A DNA stretch of 15,171 bases from Bacteriovoracia bacterium (GCA_046570105.1 JBKHVI010000060.1:1-15171); one strand, 5' to 3'; counted from the stretch's first letter, positions 1 through 8,854 are shown. Program-made: numbers and translations. The notes: generated from the sequence alone by a model not told the origin.

Positions 1-405
1 CTTAAAGAAGCCAATCTGCAACTCAACATCACTCCACGTCAGCTCTTCTTAGAAATCACAAAACTCTTTGAAACCTTTCAGCGTTTTAAACCCAAAGAAA
101 TTAAAACCGCCAAGGACGCGGTTGAATTTAAAATGATCCCACCGACTTCCAGAGATTTTGCTCACGTCGAGACACTGCACCTTTTACAAAGTCTTGATGG
201 AGATAAACTTAATCTGGATTTCACTTTTAAAGTCAAAGTCCTCGACACAAAATCAGTCACCACCAAAGTCGCTAAAGATGAAAGGCATTTGGTGAAAAGC
301 CTCACTCCTCGTGAATATTCACTGGGCCGAGACATGATCAATCAGGATGGAATACTTAAAGCACTTGAAGAAGTTCTCTCTCAAGTGCGTATGAAGGGCC
401 TCTAG
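1..405 (+). CDS. Hypothetical protein, C-terminal part (5' truncated by window edge)
   Basis: Frame +1 is open from base 1 (LKEANLQLNITPRQLFLEITKLFETFQRFKPKEIKTAKDAVEFK-MIPPT...) to TAG at 403-405, so the listed ATG at 133 is probably internal. No recognisable motif. Confidence 0.7.
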   Translation, partial: LKEANLQLNITPRQLFLEITKLFETFQRFKPKEIKTAKDAVEFKMIPPTSRDFAHVETLHLLQSLDGDKLNLDFTFKVKVLDTKSVTTKVAKDERHLVKSLTPREYSLGRDMINQDGILKALEEVLSQVRMKGL

Positions 406-407
406 TT

Positions 408-1985
408 TTAGGCCGCTTTCTTATTCACCGGCAGAGGCGATTTTTTACCACGAGAGCGACGCAAAAGTGGACGATAGATACGTCCATGAACTTTCACCAC
501 ATGCATGGCCGCCAGACGACGGGCACGTCGTACGCAGGGAACTTTTTCTTCCGCAATTGAGAGTAAAAATTCACGATCTTGTTTGCGATCAAGAAACACC
601 GCCAAGCGAATAAGGGCCAATTGATGAGTTTCATCCAAGCGTGGGAAAGCGGCGTAAAAAGAATTCACCACTTCTCCACCGGCATCGGCAGTAAGACCTT
701 GCAGAATCTCTGGCGGAAGTCCCTGCATACTGCCACCTCGGCGACCCGACCACATCAGCGCATGCACTAAGAAGTGACGAGGTGATAAAAGCGCCAGCAT
801 CGCCATCGGGCGTGAGCCACCCAGTGCTCCGGCCTTGCGGGTTTCGATATCCAGTGCTTGAACAATTTTTTGAATCAGTTTTCCAGCAACAAAAGCAATC
901 ACCAACACCGCCACAATATGAGCGACACTCATGCCTTTCATCACAATGGATGGTGCACCTAAATAACCATGGCCCATGAAGGCCACAAGTCCGATGAATG
1001 AACCCAGCGCCAAGAATGCGGTCACATGCCAGCGACGCAAGAGTTCTTGCACCGGAGGAGTAAATCCAGAAGTGAGAAGCTGCAAAGTAGGTTGATAAAA
1101 AATCTTATCTACACTGCGCTGAAGGGCACCAGCATAGACCATCGCTTGGATATTGCCCGAAAAGAGCGCCATTCCAAATAATCCCTGAGCAACAGCGAGA
1201 CCCATCAGAGAGGCTTCAGGACAACCCATACGAGGCGCAAGCCAGCGAAATTTTCTGACGACTGAAAGGGCCAAGGTAAAAAGCGCACTGTAGAGGTAGA
1301 AATTAGAAACTTCCAGGCCCACATTTTCTTGAGTGACACTCAAAGCAAATTTGAAACCAGTATCGGCAGAGACTTTGAGAAAGCCCGCGAGAACACCCAA
1401 ACCGACTAACCAAGGCAGCAGTGAAGTCGGTGCTAGCGTTGATGCTGCCCCCTGCTGGCGGGCACTTTCATCATCTTCCGTCTGGCCAACAAAGAATGGA
1501 AGATAAACTCCCACGATGGCGACAGTTTCAAGAGCATGAATCAAGAGACCTGCTTCAAAGCGCGCACTCAAGGCCGCACAGATTGTTCCCAATTCGTAGG
1601 CCAGTACCGCCCACCCCATGATTCGTCCGGCACTTAGTGGACCAAAGCGATTAAGTACTTGCGAGTAAGCATGATACTTAATGAGCTCTCCGAACAATAA
1701 TGCGCTCAAAGCAGGCCAAACCGGAAATTCTGGATAGTACGCTCGAAGAACCGCTGTTGTTCCAAACACTGGCAACATCAACCAAGCAACGATATTAGGC
1801 CTAGAGAAGCGACTCAAAAACCTAAGAAGCACGAAGAATGAGAGACCAGCACAAGAGCTGACGGCCAAAATGAGCTCGAGCGAAGATGACTGCAAGAGAG
1901 CGGTGGTTGTATGGATGATGGCCAGGTTCGAGAGCCAGCTACCAGCAAAGAAGGTAAAAAATAGACTGAAAAGCGAGACGTTCAT
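408..1985 (-). CDS. Multi-pass membrane protein (MFS-like, possibly distant Npt/TLC-type) with soluble helical C-terminal domain
   Basis: 525 aa with about 11-12 hydrophobic segments in the first ~370 aa, then a soluble helical, basic tail. SD-like AGAAGGA lies upstream. The segment QRSVDKIFYQPTLQLL loosely resembles Npt/TLC-family loops. Family assignment is tentative. Confidence 0.6.
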   Translation of the reverse strand: MNVSLFSLFFTFFAGSWLSNLAIIHTTTALLQSSSLELILAVSSCAGLSFFVLLRFLSRFSRPNIVAWLMLPVFGTTAVLRAYYPEFPVWPALSALLFGELIKYHAYSQVLNRFGPLSAGRIMGWAVLAYELGTICAALSARFEAGLLIHALETVAIVGVYLPFFVGQTEDDESARQQGAASTLAPTSLLPWLVGLGVLAGFLKVSADTGFKFALSVTQENVGLEVSNFYLYSALFTLALSVVRKFRWLAPRMGCPEASLMGLAVAQGLFGMALFSGNIQAMVYAGALQRSVDKIFYQPTLQLLTSGFTPPVQELLRRWHVTAFLALGSFIGLVAFMGHGYLGAPSIVMKGMSVAHIVAVLVIAFVAGKLIQKIVQALDIETRKAGALGGSRPMAMLALLSPRHFLVHALMWSGRRGGSMQGLPPEILQGLTADAGGEVVNSFYAAFPRLDETHQLALIRLAVFLDRKQDREFLLSIAEEKVPCVRRARRLAAMHVVKVHGRIYRPLLRRSRGKKSPLPVNKKAA

Positions 1986-2105
1986 CCTGATCCTTCTCGA
2001 CTTAAAAAGACATGAGGTTTAGCCTTTTTAAAGCTTTTGATGCCACTCCTGCAGCACCATGAGACATCTTCGCACAACTGTGGCCAGATGCAAGACGGTC
2101 AAGAA

Positions 2106-3488
2106 TTACTGTATCGATTTTTTAGAATCTCTTGCCGTGTTAATTTCTCTTAACCACTGCCCATCCAGTAAGCGCCTCTCAGCGACCATCAACTCGTGGA
2201 GCGCTTCGGTTTCTATCAAGCGGACTTGTGCCTCGGCTTCATCTTGTTCTCGGATATTTACGAAGAAAATATCACTATCACCTTGGTTGAAACGGGTCAG
2301 TTCTGCTCTCGCCATTTTGGAGGTATCACTCACCTCCGATTGTTGCAGCTCAAGTTGCTGACGTGTGGTGGTAAGCGCTTGAGCATTTTGTTTAATCCTC
2401 GCCTCCCATTCACGCTCTAACCACTCTCTGCGATAATTAAGCGCCGCTTTTTTACCCGCAATCTCGCCTCGCTTCCCTTTTCCTTTACGATTTTCTAGTG
2501 GGATCTCCAACATGACTCCTACTCTCAGTTGGTCTTGGCCACCTGGCGCCTGCGACTGCACTCCTACATCTCTCGCCCCTTCGACAGCAAGGCGTAAATC
2601 AGGGAGCTGTTGAGAAATGGCAAATTCTCTTTCTTGCGCCAAAATCTCTTCTTCTAGTTTGACCAATTTAAAAGGGGGTAATTGATCACGAATGCTCACT
2701 TGCGGCAGATCAATCTTATCTTCTGATAACTTAATTTCTGTTTTAACTTCTGATAGCGAGGGAGTGCGATTGATATAGAGCGCGAGTTCGGCCGAGGCCA
2801 TCTCAAAATCTCTTCTCACCTTCACCACATCAGCTTGGCGCTTTAAAAGTGTACGTCGATTATCTGTGAGTTTAATTTGACTGGTATCTCCTGCGCGGAC
2901 TTTTTTCTCCAGAAACTGCTGACGATCCTCGGCTTGCTTTACCCAGTTCTCAAGAATGCGTAATTTTTGACCGGCCATTGTCCATTTCCAAAAGACTTGC
3001 GCCGCCTTAAATAAAACATCCAAACGCTTTTGCTGAACATCGGCTTCGGCTTTTTGCACTTGAATTGAAGACTTAAGTCGATTTAAGCGAAATTCATCAA
3101 TCGCGCGATCTCTTAAAAGTGGAACATCGACGCCTGCAAACAATTCGCCTAAGGAGGATGTTTCATATTTGCCATCGTAAGCGGCAAACACCCCGTTGCC
3201 TTGGCGATGCCCCACGAACATGCGCGATCCCATCCATGGTGTTTGGCGTTCAAGCTTCGTTTCAAAAACTTGGTTGTCATAATTGTCTTCGATCTGGTTC
3301 ATCGATTTAAATTTGATTTTGTGATCAAAAGAACCCTCTTGAGCTTCAAGTACTCCTTCAGCTGCGCGCTTCTTTTCCATCGCTTCCATAATCAAAGGCA
3401 TGCGACTCGCGACAATCCCTTGAACGTCTTCAAACTTTAATGCTGTTCCTGCATGAGCAGTTAAACTCAGCCAGAGAAGAAGAATCAT
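2106..3488 (-). CDS. TolC-family outer membrane efflux protein
   Basis: Signal peptide (MILLLWLSLTAHA), two OEP-like repeats of long amphipathic helices (VDVPLLR..., LEIPLENR..., RFNQGDSDIFFVNIRE), ATGA overlap with the upstream HlyD gene. Confidence 0.9.
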   Translation of the reverse strand: MILLLWLSLTAHAGTALKFEDVQGIVASRMPLIMEAMEKKRAAEGVLEAQEGSFDHKIKFKSMNQIEDNYDNQVFETKLERQTPWMGSRMFVGHRQGNGVFAAYDGKYETSSLGELFAGVDVPLLRDRAIDEFRLNRLKSSIQVQKAEADVQQKRLDVLFKAAQVFWKWTMAGQKLRILENWVKQAEDRQQFLEKKVRAGDTSQIKLTDNRRTLLKRQADVVKVRRDFEMASAELALYINRTPSLSEVKTEIKLSEDKIDLPQVSIRDQLPPFKLVKLEEEILAQEREFAISQQLPDLRLAVEGARDVGVQSQAPGGQDQLRVGVMLEIPLENRKGKGKRGEIAGKKAALNYRREWLEREWEARIKQNAQALTTTRQQLELQQSEVSDTSKMARAELTRFNQGDSDIFFVNIREQDEAEAQVRLIETEALHELMVAERRLLDGQWLREINTARDSKKSIQ

Positions 3489-4522
3489 TTACTCTCCTCT
3501 TTTTTCTCGGCTTTTTCATCCTTGCTGGGAGCTTTCGTTTCCAAGAGACGCTGCAATTCATCTTGAATCGGAGAAATATCCGCTGGCATACCATTAAATT
3601 GTCGCCAGATTTCCCAACCCAGGCTCACAACTGAGAGCCTCACAAATCCACTGGTACGAGCACCTTGGCGAACAAAAAGTTCTGTCGGCCATTTTTCGGC
3701 AGGAACTAACAGCACTCGAAACATGCCGTTTTTTGATGCGACCGCATCCACCAGTTCTACTTTTGCTTTAAAGGTTCCCACTGAAATGGAGGGCCATCCG
3801 GCCGATTGAATGGCCGGCCATCCCGCAAATTTCAAAATTGCTTTCGCTTCTTTTTTAATCAAGGCCACATCATTGGCATTGACCCAAATTTCTGCTGCTA
3901 AGTTTTCTGTTTTGGGAGCTAATACCAAAAGAGCATCTCCCGATTTTACAATCTGGGCCCCTTCACCACTTCTCACTCTCACCACCCAGCCATCGCGAGG
4001 GGACACCACTGATTGGGTTTCTTGGCGAGCGACTTCTCTTTGCGCACGTGCAACGGTTGCTTGCGCCTTCGAGACTTCAATCTCGTATTTGGAAACACTG
4101 ATACGCTCTTTTTCCCAATCTTTTCTCGCTACTAAACCTTGCTCAAATAATTTTTTTTGTCGCTCAAGATTAATCCGACCGGTTTTAAGTGCTAGCTCCG
4201 CCGCCGCTAAGGCTTCTTCCGCAGCTTTTCTCTCGAATTCAAGTCGTCCCACTAAATCTGCGTCGGTATCTGAAAGTGAAACCAAGGGATCGCCCGCCTT
4301 GACCCAGCTCCCCTCTCTGACATGCCACCTTCTCACGAACCCACTGATGGGCGCGTGAATCTCTTGGAAACGCTCATTGGGATCAAGGGCGATGACACGC
4401 CCTTCGCCACTTGAAAATTGCTCCCACGGAAGCACCATCGCCACCGCTGTCACAATCAATAGAATCTTTAAATAAAAAGAAAAACGCAAAAGTGCAGGAG
4501 GTGTTTGTGTAAGATTACTCAT
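3485..4522 (-). CDS. HlyD-family periplasmic adaptor (membrane fusion protein)
   Basis: N-terminal TM, lipoyl half-motifs (IHAPISGFVRRWHVREGSWVKAGDPL; VVSPRDGWVVRV), coiled-coil hairpin (ERQKKLFEQGLV) and GWPAIQSAGWP segment; lies between the ABC-TMD and TolC genes. Confidence 0.92.
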   Translation of the reverse strand: MSNLTQTPPALLRFSFYLKILLIVTAVAMVLPWEQFSSGEGRVIALDPNERFQEIHAPISGFVRRWHVREGSWVKAGDPLVSLSDTDADLVGRLEFERKAAEEALAAAELALKTGRINLERQKKLFEQGLVARKDWEKERISVSKYEIEVSKAQATVARAQREVARQETQSVVSPRDGWVVRVRSGEGAQIVKSGDALLVLAPKTENLAAEIWVNANDVALIKKEAKAILKFAGWPAIQSAGWPSISVGTFKAKVELVDAVASKNGMFRVLLVPAEKWPTELFVRQGARTSGFVRLSVVSLGWEIWRQFNGMPADISPIQDELQRLLETKAPSKDEKAEKKEESK

Positions 4523-5369
4523 TTCCTACTCCGATCGCAGAATCAATTTTCACTAAGGAAGTGATCAGTGAGTAATGCAACTCCAGAAACTTGGACAATT
4601 TCCCAATGGCCAAGAATAGGCCCGTGCCGATCAGCTCAGCTGCAACGAATTGCCCGATACTCAGTTGATTGGCCTGAAATAAAAGGGCGCCTCCCATCAG
4701 CAAGGCCAGTGATCCAACCACCTGTAAGACGATTAAAACAATTAACTGACGTTTGAGAATTTTAAAATGCAAGGCCCGCGCAGTTAGCCATTTACTGCCT
4801 TCTTCTTTACGGCCCTGACTTAACTCATTCCAGGCAAGATACTTTTGATTCGATTCTTCAATCGCGGTCTCAAGACCAGTTGAGCCTAGTTTCCATACCA
4901 CATAAATTCCTCCCCAGACTAAAACGGAGAGCACCACGAAGTAGGGATGATAAATCATCAAGACAACTGTTCCCACAATGAGGGCCAAAAAAGTCTCGAA
5001 GCCATCCAATGCCCATTTGGAAATCGTTTTTATCATCATAGCGATTTCAAAAAACTTGATCTGCTTGCCAGCATCTTTTTGTTCGAAACGAAAAGTCAGG
5101 CGCTCGATAAATTGGCGCTCGATATATTCCAACAACAGCACTTGCGAAAAACGACATAACTGCAAGGCCATCAGACCTAGTCCCAGCATAATACTCAAAG
5201 TAAACAGAGAGAGCCCCAGGCCACTGAACATCAGGTTAGTAACAAGTAACTGAACAATCAGCGGAACTAATAAGGTGAGAAGCGCAAAACCTAGTCCATA
5301 GACCGTAAAGGCACGCCATTCTTTGCGACCGATTAAGAGATACCGATAGATCAAATTGGAAGTTTTCAT
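4515..5369 (-). CDS. ABC exporter transmembrane-domain-only protein (no ATP-binding domain)
   Basis: About 6 TM segments with ABC_membrane-like motifs (LLTLLVPLIVQLLV, GLETAIEESNQKY, ARALHFKIL, QLSIGQFVAAELI) and no Walker A/B. ATG at 5369 is preferred over TTG at 5387. Its stop overlaps the HlyD start by 8 bp. Confidence 0.8.
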   Translation of the reverse strand: MKTSNLIYRYLLIGRKEWRAFTVYGLGFALLTLLVPLIVQLLVTNLMFSGLGLSLFTLSIMLGLGLMALQLCRFSQVLLLEYIERQFIERLTFRFEQKDAGKQIKFFEIAMMIKTISKWALDGFETFLALIVGTVVLMIYHPYFVVLSVLVWGGIYVVWKLGSTGLETAIEESNQKYLAWNELSQGRKEEGSKWLTARALHFKILKRQLIVLIVLQVVGSLALLMGGALLFQANQLSIGQFVAAELIGTGLFLAIGKLSKFLELHYSLITSLVKIDSAIGVGNE

Positions 5370-5376
5370 ATGTTGG

Positions 5377-5405
5377 ATTTTAGCCAATAAATGATTGAAA
5401 TTAAA
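5377..5405 (-). promoter_or_regulatory. Putative sigma70 promoter for the ABC-TMD/HlyD/TolC operon
   Basis: Minus strand TTTAAT (5405-5400), 17-nt spacer, TAAAAT (5382-5377), ending 7 nt before the ATG at 5369; no SD. Confidence 0.4.
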
Positions 5406-5551
5406 GAGTTGTCGAGGTTCAGTCTAGCTTAAATAGACGCAATCACAGAAATTTAACATTCATCGATCTATTTTTTCGAACTATAGCATCAGGACATCTT
5501 ATTTCTCATAGCACCACAAACAAGCGATAACCCGCCCATCAAAGGAATTCT

Positions 5552-6208
5552 ATGAAATGGTTATGGCTCTGACTCATTCTCACAACTTCAAGCTGGGCAC
5601 TCACATCGCCCTTTGCTTCCACTGTTGAAGGCATCACCATCGGTAATACCCACGAAGTCACACAAGGCATTTTACGTGGCCCTCAACCCGGAAAGAAGCT
5701 CTCCGAGTTAGCCGATTATGGCATCGAAGAAGTGATCATTTTCAAATCTCAGACTAAAAATGAAGTCGACCAGGAATTGGCCGAACTTAAAAACCTTGGT
5801 ATCAAATCTCACCACATCCCTTTTCGCTGGAAAGACCTAGGGAGCGTACAGGTCGCCTGTGAACAAACAGTGAAGGCCCTGCAACTTTTGCGAAAAGCCC
5901 ATAAGGCCTCTCGCACAGTGTTCTTTCATTGCACAGTTGGTGAAGACCGCACGGGTCTATTGGCAGGACTTTGGCGAATGGAGCAAGAAAACCTCTCAAC
6001 GGAAGAAGCTTGGCAGACAGAAATGTGCGAGCGCGGTTATGCCGATGGCAATCGCAAAAAACCTTGGGTTGTGACAAAAAGCATTCACCAAGAACTCACT
6101 CCACTCTTTTTGGCTTTAGCCGAAAAAATTGAGGCTGGCGAACAACTCACAATGAAGTCATGTTTGAATTTAGTCGTCACCCCAGTAAAAAAGAACTGCC
6201 AGAGATAA
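5552..6208 (+). pseudogene. Secreted protein-tyrosine/dual-specificity phosphatase family protein interrupted by in-frame TGA at codon 7 (5570-5572)
   Basis: AAAGGA SD, then ATG 5552: MKWLWL*LILTTSSWA-LTSPFASTVEGITIGNTHEVTQGILRGPQPGKKLSELADYGIEEVIIF..., in frame with the listed 5732 ORF. The catalytic loop FFHCTVGEDRTG (HCxxGxDRTG) is intact. Confidence 0.7.
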
Positions 6209-6229
6209 AGGAGTTCGATAACATCGGCC

Positions 6230-7099
6230 ATGCTTTTTCGTCCAAAGATTGGTCTGGCCTTAGGTGGTGGCGGTGCTCGTGGTGCCGCCCATATTGGGGT
6301 ATTACAGCAACTCAAAATTGCAAAAATTCACCCTCATTGCATTGCTGGAACGAGCGCTGGTGCCATCGTTGCCAGTCTTTATGCTTTTGACGTTGATCTT
6401 GCCGTCATTGAACAAGAGATGAAACAGCTCAAACCCGTCGACTTCACTTCTTTTCGTTTTAAGGGCCTGGGCCTGTTTGAAAATTCTGAAATCAAAGAAC
6501 TCTTAACGAAACTACTCCCGGCCGACGCTCGTATAGAACAAGCTCGTATTCCGCTAGCAGTGAAAGCGACCAACCTCTTAACGGGTCGCGGAGTCGTTCT
6601 TGATCATGGCCCCGTTATTCCGGCCGTACTCGCCAGCTGTTGTGTGCCGGGCATCTACATGGCGCAAGAAATAGATGGCATGATTTTGGTTGATGGTGGA
6701 TTAACAGAAAATGTTCCTTTAAGTGCTCTCAAAAAACTCGGCGCCCATTTAACCATTGGAGTGAATCTCAATGGTAACTCCGGTTATACCCGCCCCCAGG
6801 GTGTAGTCGATGTGCTCTCAAGCGCCATGGACATCGCCATCGACGCCCAAACACGCCGGCAGCTCAACGATGCTCATGTTGTGATATCGATGGATCTCAC
6901 GCAATATAGCCGCACTTCAAGTGAGCACTTTGATCAGCTCGTTGAGATTGGTAAGAAGGCCACCCAAGAGAAGATCTGGAATGAAACCGCTCTTCGGACA
7001 TGGGTTCAGGCCAAGAAGACCTGGTACCTCGTCCGTGCTCTCTTACCCCTTAAAATCCCTGATTTCCTTAAGAAATTCTTGCGTTTAGAGGCTCCCTAG
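6230..7099 (+). CDS. Patatin-like phospholipase (NTE/RssA family)
   Basis: GLALGGGGARG oxyanion motif, GTSAG nucleophile, DGG catalytic Asp motif. Confidence 0.95.
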   Translation: MLFRPKIGLALGGGGARGAAHIGVLQQLKIAKIHPHCIAGTSAGAIVASLYAFDVDLAVIEQEMKQLKPVDFTSFRFKGLGLFENSEIKELLTKLLPADARIEQARIPLAVKATNLLTGRGVVLDHGPVIPAVLASCCVPGIYMAQEIDGMILVDGGLTENVPLSALKKLGAHLTIGVNLNGNSGYTRPQGVVDVLSSAMDIAIDAQTRRQLNDAHVVISMDLTQYSRTSSEHFDQLVEIGKKATQEKIWNETALRTWVQAKKTWYLVRALLPLKIPDFLKKFLRLEAP

Positions 7100-7120
7100 G
7101 GACAAGTCCCTATCCTTTTT
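7097..7120 (+). terminator. Possible intrinsic terminator after patatin
   Basis: TAGGGA-CAAG-TCCCTA hairpin followed by TCCTTTTT. Confidence 0.45.
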
Positions 7121-7187
7121 ACCACCTAATTTGGCAGAGCAGCAAAGCGATGCTACTTCCTTGCCACACACAACAAAGGATATTTTC

Positions 7188-7808
7188 ATGAAAAAGCTCG
7201 CGCTTCTCATTCTCGCCTCGTTGTCTTTGACAGCTTTTGCTCAGCACCGCCCGGCCGCCTACACTTGTCGTGGCAGCGATTTGATTTCCAACAACGGTCG
7301 TTTGGTTCATAGCTTTAGTTTTAGCTCTGATTGCCAAGAGGCGCTTTCGCAGTCTCGCCAATACCGTGGTCGTTTCTGTGATCGCTCAGAACTCTACCGC
7401 ATCAGTGGCGAGCTTCTTCACCGCTTCTCTTTCTCAAGTGATTGCAAAAATTCTCTCTCACAAAGTAACAACCGCTACGGCATTTTCTGTGATCGCTCAA
7501 ATATGATTGGCGACCAAGGCCTCGTTCATACCTTCAACTTTAGCTCTGATTGTTCTAAGGCGATTACTCAGGCCATCAGCGGCCCAGGACTTTTCTGTGA
7601 TAGCTCGGCGATGGTCAGTGTGTTTGATGGTCAAATTCATAACTTCCGCTTTAGCTCAGATTGTACCAACGGCGTTCGCCAGGCCTCTCAGTTCCGCGGC
7701 CGCTTCTGTGATGGCTCAACGATGTATAACCGTCGTGGCCAGGTAACAGGTAACTTCCGCTACTCGCAAGAATGTGAGAACGCACTCCGTCGCAACACTG
7801 AATGGTAG
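7188..7808 (+). CDS. Secreted hypothetical protein with five ~37-aa two-cysteine repeats
   Basis: AAAGGA SD and ATG at 7188; signal peptide MKKLALLILASLSLTAFA; repeats with consensus FCDxS...G.L.H.F.FSSDC...L.Q. Confidence 0.85.
   Translation: MKKLALLILASLSLTAFAQHRPAAYTCRGSDLISNNGRLVHSFSFSSDCQEALSQSRQYRGRFCDRSELYRISGELLHRFSFSSDCKNSLSQSNNRYGIFCDRSNMIGDQGLVHTFNFSSDCSKAITQAISGPGLFCDSSAMVSVFDGQIHNFRFSSDCTNGVRQASQFRGRFCDGSTMYNRRGQVTGNFRYSQECENALRRNTEW
7260..7805 (+). repeat. Intragenic tandem repeat, 5 x ~111 bp (36-37 aa)
   Basis: Recurring TTCTGTGAT and TTTAGCTCTGATTG-like blocks; protein units start YTCRGS, RFCDRS, IFCDRS, LFCDSS, RFCDGS. Confidence 0.85.
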
Positions 7809-7815
7809 TTTCTCG

Positions 7816-7840
7816 GGGGGCCTTCAAGGCCCCCTTTTTC
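7816..7840 (+). terminator. Rho-independent terminator
   Basis: GGGGGCCT-TCA-AGGCCCCC followed by TTTTT, just after the stop at 7808. Confidence 0.85.
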
Positions 7841-7922
7841 TTCCCTAACAATTCCTAACATCGATATCCAAGCAGAACTCCTAGGTCTAGGATTTTATCC
7901 TTCACACACCTCAGGAGGACTC

Positions 7923-8765
7923 GTGAAAATATTTATCGCCATGCTGGCCCTTTCTCTCAATGCTTTTGCTCTCGAACTTCCCGTAGGTTCTTTCAATGCT
8001 CTCGAAACAAAAAACAATTCTCCTCTCGCTTTGGATAATGCTCCTTTGTTCGAAGGGATTGTTAAGCTTTCAAACTGTTCAGGCTCATTGGTGATATTTG
8101 ATGGCCAACCAACTACCAGCAAAGCATTGGTACTTACCAATGGTCACTGCTTGGGTGGTGGTTTCTTGAAGCCAAACGAAGTTGTCGTGAACAAGTCAGT
8201 ACGTCGCTCAATGCGCGTTTATGATGCCAAAATGAAATTGCATAACATCAACGCCACTAAGATCGTTTACGGCACCATGACTGATACCGATGCTGCCCTC
8301 TACGAGTTGGATGCGACTTATAACGATATCCAAACTCGCACCAGCATTCGTCCCTTGCTTCTCGCCAATACGCGCCCGTTGGCCGGTGTGAAAATCGATA
8401 TTCCTTCAGGCTACTGGGACCGTAACTGGGCCTGTGAGATTGATGGTTTCGTTCACCAATTGCGTGAAGCTGATTGGCTCTTCACTGATTCAATCCGTTA
8501 CAACCAAGGTTGTGAAACAATCGGTGGGACTTCTGGTTCTCCAGTGGTGGAAAACGGTACACGTATCGTGATCGGTATTAATAACACCGGTAACGAATCT
8601 GGTCGTCGTTGTACAATGAACAATCCATGTGAAGTAGATGAAACTGGTCGCGTAGTGGTTCTTCCGAAGCGCTCTTACGGTCAACAAACCTACAAGTTCT
8701 ACGGCTGTTTCAATGAGAACTTCGCTCTCGATCTTGCTCTCTCGTCGTGTGATCTTCCGAAATAG
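7923..8765 (+). CDS. Secreted trypsin-like (S1) serine protease, paralog 1
   Basis: AGGAGG SD, GTG start, signal peptide; NCSG...LTNGHC (His), TDAALY (Asp), GGTSGSP (Ser); Cys-rich C-terminus CTMNNPCE. Confidence 0.92.
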   Translation: MKIFIAMLALSLNAFALELPVGSFNALETKNNSPLALDNAPLFEGIVKLSNCSGSLVIFDGQPTTSKALVLTNGHCLGGGFLKPNEVVVNKSVRRSMRVYDAKMKLHNINATKIVYGTMTDTDAALYELDATYNDIQTRTSIRPLLLANTRPLAGVKIDIPSGYWDRNWACEIDGFVHQLREADWLFTDSIRYNQGCETIGGTSGSPVVENGTRIVIGINNTGNESGRRCTMNNPCEVDETGRVVVLPKRSYGQQTYKFYGCFNENFALDLALSSCDLPK

Positions 8766-8825
8766 AGTCAACGCCGCCTCTCGCCTCCTGGCTACGGCGG
8801 CATACAGATCATCCTGATCATAAAA

Positions 8826-8854
8826 TAAAAAACCCCGGTTTTATCCCGGGGTTT
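8826..8854 (-). terminator. Rho-independent terminator for a minus-strand transcript (possibly bidirectional)
   Basis: Minus strand AAACCCCGG-GATAAAA-CCGGGGTTT followed by TTTATTTTA. The long U tract is on the minus strand; the plus strand has only TTTG. Confidence 0.8.

Noticed and set aside
3350..3356. Additional GTACTCC inside the TolC gene
   Set aside because: Isolated copy with no 27-bp periodic neighbours; about one chance occurrence of a 7-mer is expected in 15 kb.
3810..4358. 182-aa plus-strand ORF and other short ORFs overlapping major genes
   Set aside because: Antisense or off-frame shadows of well-supported genes, without SDs or motifs.
5570..5572. Alternative genetic code (TGA=Trp/Gly) or selenocysteine
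   Set aside because: TGA terminates HlyD and dedA in canonical ATGA overlaps, no other gene has an internal TGA, and the position lies in a signal peptide rather than at a catalytic Cys.
8773..8801. GCCGCC...GGCGGC hairpin after protease 1
   Set aside because: A 6-bp stem with a 17-nt loop and no U tract; it cannot be supported as a terminator or REP element from a single copy.
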